64,000 nt of DNA from Tubiluchus corallicola. Its lineage: Eukaryota > Animalia > Priapulida. The first letter of the stretch is position 1. Every line of letters starts with the position of its first letter. Where the stretch lies: the NCBI GenBank assembly GCA_030141605.1, contig JAQGDQ010000016.1, positions 250,282-314,281 on the forward strand. Direction: 5' to 3'. Below the pieces are notes generated by a model that saw only the letters and a program-made list of their open reading frames with translations, ran no database searches and was not told the DNA's origin. The translations under genes and the position numbers were made by a program. Below are positions 63,850 to 64,000 of the stretch, in pieces.

Positions 63850-64000
63850 ATCATATGCCCATTACGTCTATTGTAGACATTGGGCGGACAGAACTCTAAA
63901 ATAAAAGAAATTTGCCCTTAAGACAGGTAAACACCGCAGTTAATCCAGCAAGAAACTAGACTCCGCTATGCCAGTGGCTTGTCAACGTGTCATTATCATA

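Overview
AT-rich, intron-rich invertebrate (metazoan) nuclear DNA. Three spliced genes can be rebuilt by hand from GT-AG sites with consistent intron phases. (1) Minus strand, about 30308 to 4008 and apparently continuing past the left edge: a 28-exon VWF/gel-forming-mucin family gene (EMI/EGF-like N-terminus, D1-D2-D'-D3 assemblies, SCO-spondin/otogelin-like), whose putative signal-peptide exon is out of frame by one base. (2) Plus strand, 35986-47959: a 9-exon, 499-aa flavin polyamine/spermine oxidase with an apparent signal peptide, head-to-head with gene 1. (3) Minus strand, 60102-55796: a 5-coding-exon, 667-aa SLC16 monocarboxylate transporter. The rest is intronic/intergenic DNA with many mobile elements: a TSD-flanked 5S-rRNA-headed SINE with an RTE-type tail, a lone LINE ORF1, a decayed LINE ORF2, two tandem RTE-like 3' fragments at a (GAT)n site, numerous MITEs (two nested pairs), mini- and microsatellites. 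No CRISPR, prokaryotic or viral genes are seen. Family assignments come from motif recognition, not database searches.
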